Below, piece after piece: positions 7,682-17,210 of a stretch of DNA of 32,000 bases (within the stretch, counting starts at the first letter, position 1; every line of letters begins with the position of its first letter). The notes beneath the pieces were generated by a model that was given only the letters and a program-made list of their open reading frames with translations, made no database searches and was not told where the DNA came from. Location of the stretch: positions 840,001-872,000 of the forward strand of contig JBJLBP010000001.1 in NCBI GenBank assembly GCA_045568075.1, written 5' to 3'. This stretch comes from Candidatus Thalassarchaeaceae archaeon. GTDB lineage: Archaea > Thermoplasmatota > Poseidoniia > Poseidoniales > Thalassarchaeaceae. The position numbers were made by a program, and so were the translations under genes.

Positions 7682-9685
7682 TCACTCTAGGCGCAGCGTC
7701 GCTTCACAGCCCTCACAATCTAGACGCAGGGGCCTTACGTCGGATTCAACAGGATTCGAAACGCCACACTTCGGACATTCGACGTGCGCATTGGCGCGTC
7801 TCTTACCCCCTCTGCTCTCGAGAATCTCCGAGCGCGGAGATACCAAGGCCACTGGGAATACCAGCAACATACTCGAGGCGACTACACCCAGAACGAATGG
7901 CATATCCAGCCCGAGTACGTAGAGCGCCAAAGCGAGTCCACCGAGAACTACTACTGTCAGCATCGAAGGAACCTTTGCGCGCTTTCGCGTCATCAGTAGA
8001 CCCAATCCAAGAGCGAGTACTAGCATGAAGACCGAGACCATCGCCGACACAAGAGGTGAATACAACGCCCCGCCGCTCGGAACGAACTCGACACGGAAGG
8101 ATTGTTCTGGATCCAACTCTTCCTCATCAATAGTGATTATTTCGAGGAGAATCCAGCGGCGGTGCTTGGCATCGATGTCCTCTGCCGCCACACCACCCAA
8201 TCCTTGCAAGGCGGTAGAGCGTATCTCGACATGAAGCTCGATATCGTAGTAGATGTCATCATCACTTGGTCTGATGAAATCCTCAATCAATTGTTGTCTT
8301 TCACCCGCTTCCACCTGGTGCGATGTATCTATGGTAATCGTCACACTTTCTGAACTGAAAGAGCGAGTGTGACCCAGATCTATCGTGATGTCAGTGGGTC
8401 CAAGGTTCACTGGATTTACGCCGAGGATTGACTCGGCATCGAGGTAAAGTCCGTTGGCGAGGAAGGATTTCATGTCAGTTGCCGAGCCAATGAGGTGGCT
8501 TTGCAGGGCGGCCAATTCTGAATCATCAACTTGGGTATTGTGGAAATCAGAACTAGGAATTGAATCAGAATAGGTTCGCAAGTTCCTCCACCAGCTATTG
8601 GAAGAGAGACTATTGTTGCCGATATTGTCGAGTCCCCATCGAACCCATTGTGACATGGATCCATCGAATTCGATAGTCACCACTCGATCTACGCTATCGC
8701 CGTCAAAGTGGGCATCCACATCCAAGGACAGACTTGTACCGCCAGTTCGCAGTGGTTCTGCTCCTGGATACCATCCTCCTGAGCCCGAACCGCCCGAACC
8801 TGCTGTGATGTCGTAGGTGCGGTTCGCCTCTATTCTGAGAGATGTTTGAGGAATTAGATGGAATTCTACGCGATAAGTTCCGGATTCGACACTCTCAGGA
8901 ATTTGCCAAGCAAATGTCACTTCGACTCCGTTATTTGTTGGAGTTGCAATCGGGCTATCTGTAATCGATGCGCTGGCCACACTCATGCCACCAGAGGAGG
9001 CTGACCACATACGGTCGCCGAAACCCGACTTGAGTAAGACGGGGAAGTAGACAAGGCGATTGTTGACACTCGGTTCCTTCATGTCGATGCTGACGATAGG
9101 GAATTTCATCGATATGCGACCTGTGTATTCATCAGTTCCCCAGACGAAGCGGATACCTGCATCGTCACCGGGGCTGGAGAATGAGAGGCTGCGGACTGAG
9201 AAGGTGACCTTCACCTGGTCACCTTCGCGGACTTCGCCGGCTTCGACGTTAATCGGAATGACGACTTCTCCACTATTGGTCAAGAAGAGGCCGGCGCCGG
9301 CATCGCCTTCGAAGTAAGTGCTGCCGATGTTCACGCCGACGGTTGCATTGATCTGGATACCGGCGGCGGATTCGACCTCGTATGGAATTCGAAATTCCCA
9401 AGTTGCGTCTGGATAGTCTCCTTGCAGACCCCAAGTGATGTCCCATGTGCCGATTTCGACGAGACCTTGAATCGATGGTGTGACAAATTGTTCGAATTCC
9501 TCGTCAAGGTCCGAATCGAAGGGTGAGAGAGAACCATCGTCGGCGCTGCCGAGCAGATAGACATCGATTTCCTGCGAGTCGCAACAAGTGCCGTCGGTGT
9601 CGGCAGCAACCGGTGAATAGGGCAGACTGACGAGTAGCAACATCGCTGTTAGGAGGACGATTCGGGACCGCTCAGCACTGCTCAT
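7682..9685 (-). CDS. Exported surface protein with three C-terminal TM segments and a cytoplasmic C-terminal zinc ribbon
   Basis: Signal-peptide-like N-terminus MSSAERSRIVLLTAMLLLVSLPYSPVAADTDG. An acidic ectodomain of about 540 aa contains a GSGGSGSGG linker. Three hydrophobic segments lie near the C-terminus. The tail is HVECPKCGVSNPVESDVRPLRLDCEGCEATLRLE (CxxC...CxxC). The ORF opens at GTG 9694; ATG 9685 is preferred. Confidence 0.7.
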   Translation of the reverse strand: MSSAERSRIVLLTAMLLLVSLPYSPVAADTDGTCCDSQEIDVYLLGSADDGSLSPFDSDLDEEFEQFVTPSIQGLVEIGTWDITWGLQGDYPDATWEFRIPYEVESAAGIQINATVGVNIGSTYFEGDAGAGLFLTNSGEVVIPINVEAGEVREGDQVKVTFSVRSLSFSSPGDDAGIRFVWGTDEYTGRISMKFPIVSIDMKEPSVNNRLVYFPVLLKSGFGDRMWSASSGGMSVASASITDSPIATPTNNGVEVTFAWQIPESVESGTYRVEFHLIPQTSLRIEANRTYDITAGSGGSGSGGWYPGAEPLRTGGTSLSLDVDAHFDGDSVDRVVTIEFDGSMSQWVRWGLDNIGNNSLSSNSWWRNLRTYSDSIPSSDFHNTQVDDSELAALQSHLIGSATDMKSFLANGLYLDAESILGVNPVNLGPTDITIDLGHTRSFSSESVTITIDTSHQVEAGERQQLIEDFIRPSDDDIYYDIELHVEIRSTALQGLGGVAAEDIDAKHRRWILLEIITIDEEELDPEQSFRVEFVPSGGALYSPLVSAMVSVFMLVLALGLGLLMTRKRAKVPSMLTVVVLGGLALALYVLGLDMPFVLGVVASSMLLVFPVALVSPRSEILESRGGKRRANAHVECPKCGVSNPVESDVRPLRLDCEGCEATLRLE

Positions 9686-9803
9686 CGACCCCACTGGTTG
9701 GCTTTCTGCCCTTCAATGCGACCCTTGAGGTCCTCCTTAGAGAGCACATTCTTGCCATCGGCGCCAAAGGCGCCGCACGCGTAGGCGAGGCCGGAAGTGG
9801 TTC

Positions 9804-11519
9804 TCAGCCGTGTAGGAAGAGCATCTCGACTGGACCATCTTCTGGAATTGATTCGATACGAGCGAAGCCGACACGCTCGAGTTGTACGATTGAAGTTTCT
9901 TTCAGATCGATATCCTCTAGCATACCTTCGCTGACTTGTAACTCCTCACCAATCGGTGTTGAAAGTCGAGCTGGGCGAGCCATCGAGCTTGGTATCCAAT
10001 GGACTATTGCTCGCTTGTCGCTGCGGTCGATTGACTGGATAATGCCTGCGCCGTCAGCGATAGTGATGTCAGCGAAATCCTTCAGTCGAATTTCACCTGA
10101 GGCGTCAGCCTCATCGACCAAAATATCGCCATTCATCTTCCATTCGCGCGTGCCAGCCACATCACCGTTAGGATGGCGCGCGACAGCGAGCGTTTCAGGA
10201 ATCTCATGTCCGCTCGCTACCAGCGTCAGCGAAACAGGATCTCTTACGAATGCTCGACGCTCGCATTTCGAATCAATAATTGAGGAGTTGAACGATTCAA
10301 TCGTCTGCATCGATATCGAGATATCCTTCTGAGTCAAACCCAAATCAATCCAAAAATCACGTAACGCTTGCGAATCGAATCCACGCCGCCGTAGCGCTGC
10401 GAGTGTCGGCAAGCGCGGATCATCCCACCCCAAATATTCACCTTCGCCAATGGCCGCGCGCATACTGGATGTCGAAAATCCACCGAATTCATACACCTTC
10501 ACGCGCCCCCAGTAGAGAGGTTCTGGATAGCTCCAGCCAAAGTGTTCGTAGAGCAGTGTTTGCTTACGGGTCGAGTCCATCAAATCCTTTCCACGGACGA
10601 TGTGAGTGACTCCCTGAAGATGGTCCTCAATTGCGCTCTGGAAGTCGAGTAGGGGCCAGACCTTGTAGGTGTCACCGACCATTGGATGAGGTGTGTGTTG
10701 GATACGCAAAGCAGGCCAATCTCGCAGAGCAGGGTTAGGGAGGTCCAAATCGGTCTTGACTCGCACTACTGCTTCGCCTTCTGCAAGTTTTCCATCGTTC
10801 ATCGCTGACCAGTCGGATAGATTTGTTTCGACGCTTCGAGTGCGACAAGAGCAGGCTTGTGAAGCGTCGCGCAGGGCTTTGAATTCGGCGGCTGAGCAGC
10901 GGCAGACGTAGCCGAAGCCGCCTTCGAGCATTTTCGTTGCGTGGTCGAGGTAGATGGGCATTCTTTCGCTTGCTCGGATGATGATGTCGGCAGGACGACC
11001 AGCGAGCCATTCGTATTCTGCTTCGATCCATCCGTATGCTTCTGGCATAGGTGGTTTGACTCGGGTATCTGTATCATCGAAGCGTAGGACGACCTTTCCT
11101 TCGTACATTCGGGCGTATTCTGAGTTGGTTGCGACGCCACGGGCGTGGCCGATTGTTAGTGGCCCGTTGGGGTTTGGTGCAAAGCGCAGGATGACTTCGC
11201 CTTGCGTGGCATTTGGAAGTGGCTTGAGTCCTGTACGCTTCTGTTGCTTTTGGCGCTCGAGGGCTTCAGGATTTGTTGCTGCGAGTGCCTCTCTGACGGC
11301 TTCAACGCCGCTGGTTGAGGCCATCTCGTTGGCGGCGTCTACTTCGGCTTCGACGAGAGATTTGAGCTCTCGAGCTCTCGACCGGAGGTCCGCACGCTCA
11401 CCGAGGAGTCGGCCGAGGACTGAGCCGGCTTGACCGGCTCCATCGTATTCCACTGCATTTTGCAGGGCATACTTGCGGACCGTTGCAACGGTCTCTGTAT
11501 CCCACCCGGAATCCGTCAT
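9804..11519 (-). CDS. gltX: Glutamyl-tRNA synthetase, archaeal/eukaryotic type
   Basis: Class I HIGH region RFAPNPNGPLTIGHARG, plus VLRFDDTD and THIVRGKDL. The archaeal GluRS N-terminal helical region is VRKYALQNAVEYDGAGQAGSVLGRLLG. The ORF opens at 11672 and overlaps rnhB there. ATG 11519 (MTDSGWD) leaves a 41-nt gap after the rnhB stop. Confidence 0.92.
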   Translation of the reverse strand: MTDSGWDTETVATVRKYALQNAVEYDGAGQAGSVLGRLLGERADLRSRARELKSLVEAEVDAANEMASTSGVEAVREALAATNPEALERQKQQKRTGLKPLPNATQGEVILRFAPNPNGPLTIGHARGVATNSEYARMYEGKVVLRFDDTDTRVKPPMPEAYGWIEAEYEWLAGRPADIIIRASERMPIYLDHATKMLEGGFGYVCRCSAAEFKALRDASQACSCRTRSVETNLSDWSAMNDGKLAEGEAVVRVKTDLDLPNPALRDWPALRIQHTPHPMVGDTYKVWPLLDFQSAIEDHLQGVTHIVRGKDLMDSTRKQTLLYEHFGWSYPEPLYWGRVKVYEFGGFSTSSMRAAIGEGEYLGWDDPRLPTLAALRRRGFDSQALRDFWIDLGLTQKDISISMQTIESFNSSIIDSKCERRAFVRDPVSLTLVASGHEIPETLAVARHPNGDVAGTREWKMNGDILVDEADASGEIRLKDFADITIADGAGIIQSIDRSDKRAIVHWIPSSMARPARLSTPIGEELQVSEGMLEDIDLKETSIVQLERVGFARIESIPEDGPVEMLFLHG

Positions 11520-11560
11520 GCTATCGGGCCTACGGCCCGAAGTGAGGCATTTGACGCTTC

Positions 11561-12304
11561 TCACGATGACCAGTCGTCGAGTGATGATTGCACGACGGCA
11601 CCCCCACTCGCCGAACGCACTGGAACTGGGGTGCCGTGAGTGGCTGACCAGATGTCTGAGACGGTAGCCCAACTCCAGCGAAGACAGTCGTGTGGTTTGC
11701 CATTTGTGAGCAGGTGTTCGACTGCTTTTCGGGTCCTCAAATCTGAGGGATATCCTGACCCGATGTCGAGCCCGGTTCGCGTCGAAATCTCGTGAATTGC
11801 AGCATCACGGGTGACTTTGGCAAGAATCGAGGCTCCACCAGCGGCCAAGTCAGAGGAATCCATACCGTGTCTAGCTTCGACATCCCAATCCAACCAATTC
11901 TCACCGAGGGCTGAAGTCAGGCGACGAGCAAATCTCTGCTCATCGACATCACAGGCATCGGCTCGAATGACGCCAGCCTTAGCGGAGAGTGCTGTTGCTT
12001 CGATGGCTTCAGCGAATAATTCGATTTCGAGGCTGTTCAGGTCCGAGGTCTGGCTATTGATGTCGATACGACTTGGTTGGCAGATCACTAAGCCTGATCG
12101 CCAACGACCCTCGGTGACTCGGCTAACAATCTCGGCTTCTATTCGCTCGCGTTCAGTCACAGAGAGGTCCTTCGAATCTTTGACACCGAGCTCGCGTAAT
12201 TCCTCGACATCTGTTGCCCGAATCGCAAGAGCCCCGACTACCAGAGGTCCGATTACAGGGCCTCGTCCAGCCTCATCGACACCGATGATCCACTCGTCAC
12301 TCAC
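11561..12304 (-). CDS. rnhB: Ribonuclease HII
   Basis: IGVDEAGRGPVIGPLVVGA (DEAGRG active-site motif), KDSKDLS, ADACDVD and GASILAKV. GTG start lies 15 nt downstream of the preceding gene's stop. Confidence 0.92.
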   Translation of the reverse strand: MSDEWIIGVDEAGRGPVIGPLVVGALAIRATDVEELRELGVKDSKDLSVTERERIEAEIVSRVTEGRWRSGLVICQPSRIDINSQTSDLNSLEIELFAEAIEATALSAKAGVIRADACDVDEQRFARRLTSALGENWLDWDVEARHGMDSSDLAAGGASILAKVTRDAAIHEISTRTGLDIGSGYPSDLRTRKAVEHLLTNGKPHDCLRWSWATVSDIWSATHGTPVPVRSASGGAVVQSSLDDWSS

Positions 12305-12319
12305 GCTTCTTCGGCTGCT

Positions 12320-15157
12320 TCAAGGGTCTTCATCATCGCGCAAGTCGCGACCGAGTGAATCCAATCTTTCATCAAAATCATCGAGGTCGAGGACGATATT
12401 CTCTGGATGAATAATATCGCTCTCTTGTAATTGGTCAGCCATCTCTATGGCATCTTGAATCGCATCTTCTGCCTGAGTCTCATCCAATAATTCTCCAGCC
12501 TTCCCGACAACAGCAGTGTCTGGCGCAGGTGCAACATCTCTCGAATGGTCGCCCGACTTCTCAATGAAGTCGGCGCGGAATGATGCGACATCGGTCGTCG
12601 GGCTCTCAATTATCTCCGGAATCTCCTCGCCACCTTCTTCGAACTTGGCCATCCAATCGCCAACCTCCTCAACGACGACCTCAGGATTTTGTTTGCGATA
12701 GTACTCACGGTCAGCCTCGATTCTATGACGAATCGCCATAGCAACAGCAACCATACCCACCAGACTAACTGTTACAATCAGAATCGTTTGCAACCATCGC
12801 TGCAAGAACACGCTGAACGCTGATGGCTCGTCAGGCTCAACTGGCGTAGTCGGTTCAGCACCATCCATTGCCGCAGCGTGCTCGATAACATGCATTACAG
12901 ATGGGTCTCGGACTGAACGGACCTCTACAGTGAGAACCACATCAGCTGCGATTGGAACTTCTTCTGGAACATCCATCCAGACCTCGAAGATTACGACTCC
13001 ATCAATCGGTACATCCAGAATCTCAAACGAGCGAGTATCACCATTCGTCGTGTGACTGTCTGAACCCTCTGGAGCGACGACCCCAAATGCAGTGAAATCG
13101 GTGCATTCGAGACTGACAACTAATCCATCGGGACTATTTCCAATATTGTGCATTTCCCAGAATCCAGTGAGCCGACCATCGACCACTTCTGCATCTGCTC
13201 GGACCACCTCCCAAGCGTGTACTGCGGCAATACTGACTTCAAACGACACCTCTGCAGGAACCCAACCATCAACCTCCACTTCGATGGTTACTTCACCGCT
13301 CAAACCTGCCGTCAGACCGACCGCGGTCCAAGCGGTGACATCGATTCCGTGAACTCTTTGTCCTGGTCCGAGGTATCGCGTGTAGTCAGAGATGTTGACG
13401 GCCAGCCAATCGGGCTGGTCTACCACACTGAGATTGAAGAGGAATGCGGCATCACCCGTATTTTCGATGAATAGCTCGACGAGGCACCAGTCACCTGGGT
13501 TAACATCGAACAGACAATCCACGTCCGTCAGGCCCAGATCACCACCCGAACGTGGGACGATACTAATCGACTGATTCAGTCGCTGGGTTTCCTGAACTCC
13601 ATCAGCCCAAACTTGGATCATCATATCCAGCCGACCAATGGTGCGGGTCGGTGATTCGACTTGCATCCGCACCGTTGCGCTCTCGCCGGGAGCCATGTCG
13701 TCTAGGCCGGCACGGTCGTAGACGATTGCCGTCCATCCGTCATGGGCGAAGGAGTAGCCTGGTGTTGCAACCGGGGAACCATTCTCGTCGACAGCAGCGA
13801 TATTGATGCCGAGCGAATTGCGAGAGTTTCCTATGTTGCGTAGGACGAATTCGAGGTCGACGATTCCACCGGGTTCAATCGATGCGCTGCCGCCCCCTTC
13901 GATGATTTCCATTCCTTTCCATTCACCGTAGCGCATCGAGAAATTCCACCAATCCTCATTGCCAGTATGGTCGCCGACCAAACTGACACTGAAATCATGA
14001 ATCGAATCGGCAAGCGGCGCTCCATTCTCAACAACTGGTGCGGTGACAGAAAACTGCAACCACTGAACCTCATCGCTAGGTGCCTCGAATGAATTACCAA
14101 CGCCCGGGCTGGTGGGGTAATTCCATGAAATCTCCCAATCGGATGGTCCTGTAACCGCTACCAACGCCGTAGTATCTATCTCAGCCAGATTGGTAAAATT
14201 CACCCCAACTCCAATCGTTAAGCCGGGGTCGATATTGAACACCGAACCAGATTCGACCCCGAATTCAACTCCAGGATCTTCGTATTGCCAAGGATAGGTG
14301 AGTCCAGCCTCCAAAGAGGAGTTGAGCACTGTGTGGTCAGCCCATTCTTGCAGTGCGAGGGTTCGAGTCGCATTGATTCCTCCAGTCGAGGGTAGTCCAA
14401 CCGAAGGCAATCCGGTCATTGAGACATGAATTACACAAGCCGCCAGATAGGTTCCTTGAATCGATGGATGCTTGCCATCCGAGGCGTAAAGGTCTGAGAA
14501 AATTGTGTAGTTAGCGGTCGGGTTGTTGAGTGAATCATGGATGTTCTCGTGAGCCATTCCGACTGGAGCGACGAATACGGGTCGTTCGCCGGTAGAGAGG
14601 TTCTCCGCGAACGCGAGATAACCGGTTTTCAGATGATCTTGCATTGTCGAGAAATCAGGAAACCGCCATTGATTACTCTCGTCTCCAAATCGATAACCCC
14701 ATGTCATCATGAAGAAGGTATCACCACCTTCTGCTTCGACCAACGTATCGATGATTTCTGCGCCAGCGAGGCTATCTTGCCAATATGATGAGCTGGTTGG
14801 GAATCCTGGAACTTGACTTTGACCCTGTAGGATGACAAAATCGTGGGAGTCACGGAGAGTATCGTACCATGAGGTCCCCTCAATCTCAGCTTGTTCTCCG
14901 TGCCAGGCCAGAGTCTTGCCTCCGCTGGTCAAGGCTTGGACATCTGGGTCCAAGCCGGCAGCGTCGAGCAAATTGTTCACGCGTACGTGTAACTGATTGT
15001 TTGAAGTGTAGGAATTTCCCAACATGACAATGTCAAGTGTCGATTGGCCTAATTGGCTTGATTCAGCCTTTGTCGCATCCTCCGAAAGTAGGCTCGGCGA
15101 AGCCAAAGATGTCAGAAACACGAAAACTAGAATCAGAGCCATTCCACGCTCTCGCAT
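12320..15157 (-). CDS. Exported SGNH/GDSL-like hydrolase-domain surface protein with beta-sandwich repeats, C-terminal TM anchor and acidic cytoplasmic tail
   Basis: Signal peptide MRERGMALILVFVFLTSLASPS. SGNH block I-like LDIVMLGNSYTSNN and block V-like SDGKHPS (DxxH). Three x-N-x-G-N/D beta-sandwich signatures (FVLRNIGNSRN, LFIENTGDAAF, WEMHNIGNSPD). TM segment WLQTILIVTVSLVGMVAVAMAI, followed by a D/E-rich tail of about 145 aa. Confidence 0.75.
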   Translation of the reverse strand: MRERGMALILVFVFLTSLASPSLLSEDATKAESSQLGQSTLDIVMLGNSYTSNNQLHVRVNNLLDAAGLDPDVQALTSGGKTLAWHGEQAEIEGTSWYDTLRDSHDFVILQGQSQVPGFPTSSSYWQDSLAGAEIIDTLVEAEGGDTFFMMTWGYRFGDESNQWRFPDFSTMQDHLKTGYLAFAENLSTGERPVFVAPVGMAHENIHDSLNNPTANYTIFSDLYASDGKHPSIQGTYLAACVIHVSMTGLPSVGLPSTGGINATRTLALQEWADHTVLNSSLEAGLTYPWQYEDPGVEFGVESGSVFNIDPGLTIGVGVNFTNLAEIDTTALVAVTGPSDWEISWNYPTSPGVGNSFEAPSDEVQWLQFSVTAPVVENGAPLADSIHDFSVSLVGDHTGNEDWWNFSMRYGEWKGMEIIEGGGSASIEPGGIVDLEFVLRNIGNSRNSLGINIAAVDENGSPVATPGYSFAHDGWTAIVYDRAGLDDMAPGESATVRMQVESPTRTIGRLDMMIQVWADGVQETQRLNQSISIVPRSGGDLGLTDVDCLFDVNPGDWCLVELFIENTGDAAFLFNLSVVDQPDWLAVNISDYTRYLGPGQRVHGIDVTAWTAVGLTAGLSGEVTIEVEVDGWVPAEVSFEVSIAAVHAWEVVRADAEVVDGRLTGFWEMHNIGNSPDGLVVSLECTDFTAFGVVAPEGSDSHTTNGDTRSFEILDVPIDGVVIFEVWMDVPEEVPIAADVVLTVEVRSVRDPSVMHVIEHAAAMDGAEPTTPVEPDEPSAFSVFLQRWLQTILIVTVSLVGMVAVAMAIRHRIEADREYYRKQNPEVVVEEVGDWMAKFEEGGEEIPEIIESPTTDVASFRADFIEKSGDHSRDVAPAPDTAVVGKAGELLDETQAEDAIQDAIEMADQLQESDIIHPENIVLDLDDFDERLDSLGRDLRDDEDP

Positions 15158-15251
15158 AGCCGACGCTCATCGTTCTCGTCTTTGATTCCTACCCTTAGTT
15201 GATGATTCGGGGTGGCGAAGAGTCTATCGAGTGAGGTGCTGTTCGCCGCTT

Positions 15252-15437
15252 ATGGCGTCCAAGTGGCCATTTGGGAAAAAAACCGCCCCCCCGAAGAAGA
15301 TAGTAAAGCCGAAGGAAGTTGAGGTTGTTGAGTACGAGCGAAAGAAAGACACCTCTCAGAAGGATTTGATTGAGGACAAAAGCCACCTCAAAAAGAAGTC
15401 CTTCATCGATGCGATGGCACTTCTCGGCGACGATTAG
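15252..15437 (+). CDS. Small Lys-rich hypothetical protein (61 aa)
   Basis: MASKWPFGKKTAPPKKIVKPKEVEVVEYERKKDTSQKDLIEDKSHLKKKSFIDAMALLGDD. The ORF opens at GTG 15231; ATG 15252 lies 13 nt after GTGAGGTG. It is the only plus-strand ORF between two minus-strand genes. Its composition is coherent, unlike the antisense ORF 15195..15386. No recognisable family. Confidence 0.4.
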   Translation: MASKWPFGKKTAPPKKIVKPKEVEVVEYERKKDTSQKDLIEDKSHLKKKSFIDAMALLGDD

Positions 15438-15446
15438 AATTGCTGA

Positions 15447-17201
15447 TCACAGTACCGGGTCGGGTATCAAGCGGCCTAGTGCATCGATATCGAAATCACC
15501 CGCTTGGATTGGTACTCTCAAGCCGAATTCCGCAGTCACGAAAGGATCTAATTCACCGAATTGACCTACTTCTTCCCCTGCCACAATCGCCTTCGCCCCT
15601 CTTCCAGTGAGCCATGGCCCATCGTTTGGCTCAGTCGCTTTCCATTCGACTTCGGAAAGGTCTGCTCCGATGTCGCGGAGGAATGCCTGGGCGATTCCTT
15701 TGGCGGCTGAGAATCCTCCTGCGACTTCAGCGCAGGCCCATGCCGCCCTTGTCCCGTTGTGAGAATCATGGACGACTGTTCCGAGTTCGTAGACCCGTTG
15801 AGGTAGTTCGTGGTGTCTATTTGCCGCGAGTAGTTGTAGTAAGCTTGGTAGGATGCGTTGTCGCATCATAGTATGGTCAACAGTGATTGGATTGGCGAGG
15901 ACAGTAGTCTCTGCCAATTTATTCCATCGAGTGTGTTCAAATTGGACTCTGTCGTTTGACAGAGTGAGGCTCTGAGTTTCTTGCAAATTTAGTGAACGCA
16001 TGCTCTCGCGAGCGCGTCGATGAAGATGGGCTGATGGTAGAGGGATTGCATCTAGGTGTACTGCGGATAGGATGTTTGGCATATTCTCGTATCCGTAGCC
16101 GATTGCGATATCCTCGACAATATCGATTGGGTGCATGATGTCTGAGCGCCAGCGCGGCATGGCGATTACATGCTCACGCTCACCGACTTCTAAGTCAGCC
16201 CAGCGCTCGGCCTTATTGACTCCGTCAGTTACAGCCCGAGAGGCTAGATGTCTGCCACCCATCCTGCTGATGGCTGAAGCGATATCTTCGCTCTCTAGAG
16301 TCATACCGAGAACGCGCTCGATCAGTCGGTCTGAGACTCTGTGTTCACGCGCTTCCATATTTGGAGTCATTCGAATCTGACCATCCCAGCCATTTACCTG
16401 CACCTGTTCGATTGTGCCTCCACGCTCGGCAAGTGAAAGGCAGATGAGCAGAAGACTGGCTTCCACAGAGCGTTGGTTCCAACCTGTCACATCAATGAAG
16501 AAGTCGCTCGTCGATTCGCTGACAGTGGTATGGTTACCATTGATTATTGGTGGGAATGAAAGAATATCGTCATTCGCATCGAGAATTACAGGATAGGATT
16601 CGAGTTCGTCCATGAGGTGGGCATATTCGACTCCCTTCGGATGTTTGCCAAGGATATCATCAATGCTCATTTCATCGTTCATCGCTAGAGGCACGAAAGA
16701 ATGCGAGCCATCTACAGTGACAACGCGGAATGGCGGACTGAGGGTTGCGAGGTCATGGACTCCGATTGAGGCGAATCGTCTGCGTCGTCCGAGACTCATG
16801 TGGAGTTTCTCTTGATGGTCCATGAGAGATTGGATAAAATCGTCTTTTTCTGCAGCGGTCTGTCCCGTATCTACTCCTCTGACCACGGCTGCGAGAATGA
16901 TTGGGCGGACGTTTTCGAGGCTTGAATCGACATCTAGAGTCATTCCGCTATCGCTTGTTTCGACAGATGGGTTCTGCGCTTCCCCCTGCAGGAATGCACG
17001 TGCGGCGCGCGCCATCGTTTCGTGACCAAGTAAATCGGGCCGGTCGGGAAAGACCTCAATTTCGATTCCTTCCTCATCACTGCCTTCGACGACACAACCG
17101 ATTGATGATAATCGCTCTACCCAATCTGCGTCGTCGTATTCAGCTCCGTTGCTTTCCTGTATTGAACGGAGTATTGAGTGATTGAGGGTGATGGTCGGCA
17201 A
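15447..17201 (-). CDS. pheT: Phenylalanyl-tRNA synthetase beta subunit, archaeal type
   Basis: 584 aa. Archaeal-type N-terminus (M)PTITLNH. Contains FFIDVTGWN and the B5-domain hallmark RSDIMHPIDIVEDIAIGYGYENM. TTG start preceded by GAGGTGGGAG, 9 nt after the upstream gene's TGA. Confidence 0.92.
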   Translation of the reverse strand: MPTITLNHSILRSIQESNGAEYDDADWVERLSSIGCVVEGSDEEGIEIEVFPDRPDLLGHETMARAARAFLQGEAQNPSVETSDSGMTLDVDSSLENVRPIILAAVVRGVDTGQTAAEKDDFIQSLMDHQEKLHMSLGRRRRFASIGVHDLATLSPPFRVVTVDGSHSFVPLAMNDEMSIDDILGKHPKGVEYAHLMDELESYPVILDANDDILSFPPIINGNHTTVSESTSDFFIDVTGWNQRSVEASLLLICLSLAERGGTIEQVQVNGWDGQIRMTPNMEAREHRVSDRLIERVLGMTLESEDIASAISRMGGRHLASRAVTDGVNKAERWADLEVGEREHVIAMPRWRSDIMHPIDIVEDIAIGYGYENMPNILSAVHLDAIPLPSAHLHRRARESMRSLNLQETQSLTLSNDRVQFEHTRWNKLAETTVLANPITVDHTMMRQRILPSLLQLLAANRHHELPQRVYELGTVVHDSHNGTRAAWACAEVAGGFSAAKGIAQAFLRDIGADLSEVEWKATEPNDGPWLTGRGAKAIVAGEEVGQFGELDPFVTAEFGLRVPIQAGDFDIDALGRLIPDPVL

Positions 17202-17210
17202 ACTCCCACC

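Noticed and set aside
9695-9803. Possible micro-ORF in the gltX to surface-protein spacer. One frame reads ...GLAYACGAFGADGKNVLSKEDLKGRIEGQKANQWGR and ends in an ATGA overlap with the downstream start. An AAGGAGGA motif is also present.
   Set aside because: There is no ATG in that frame. The only in-frame start is a GTG giving about 21 aa. The SD-like motif lies about 46 nt from the downstream ATG with no start codon at proper spacing. Not supportable without comparative data.
15199-15260. TTGATGA was considered as the box C of a C/D sRNA in the 15158-15251 spacer. GATGA/CTGA pairs in 4398-4531 were considered in the same way.
   Set aside because: No CTGA box D lies at the right distance of about 50-70 nt, and there are no terminal pairing or C'/D' boxes.
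15271-15289. The A7/C7 tract (GGGAAAAAAACCGCCCCCCCG) was considered as a programmed -1 frameshift site.
   Set aside because: In the ORF's reading frame the run does not form an X XXY YYZ heptamer, and no downstream stimulatory structure or extended alternative frame is evident.
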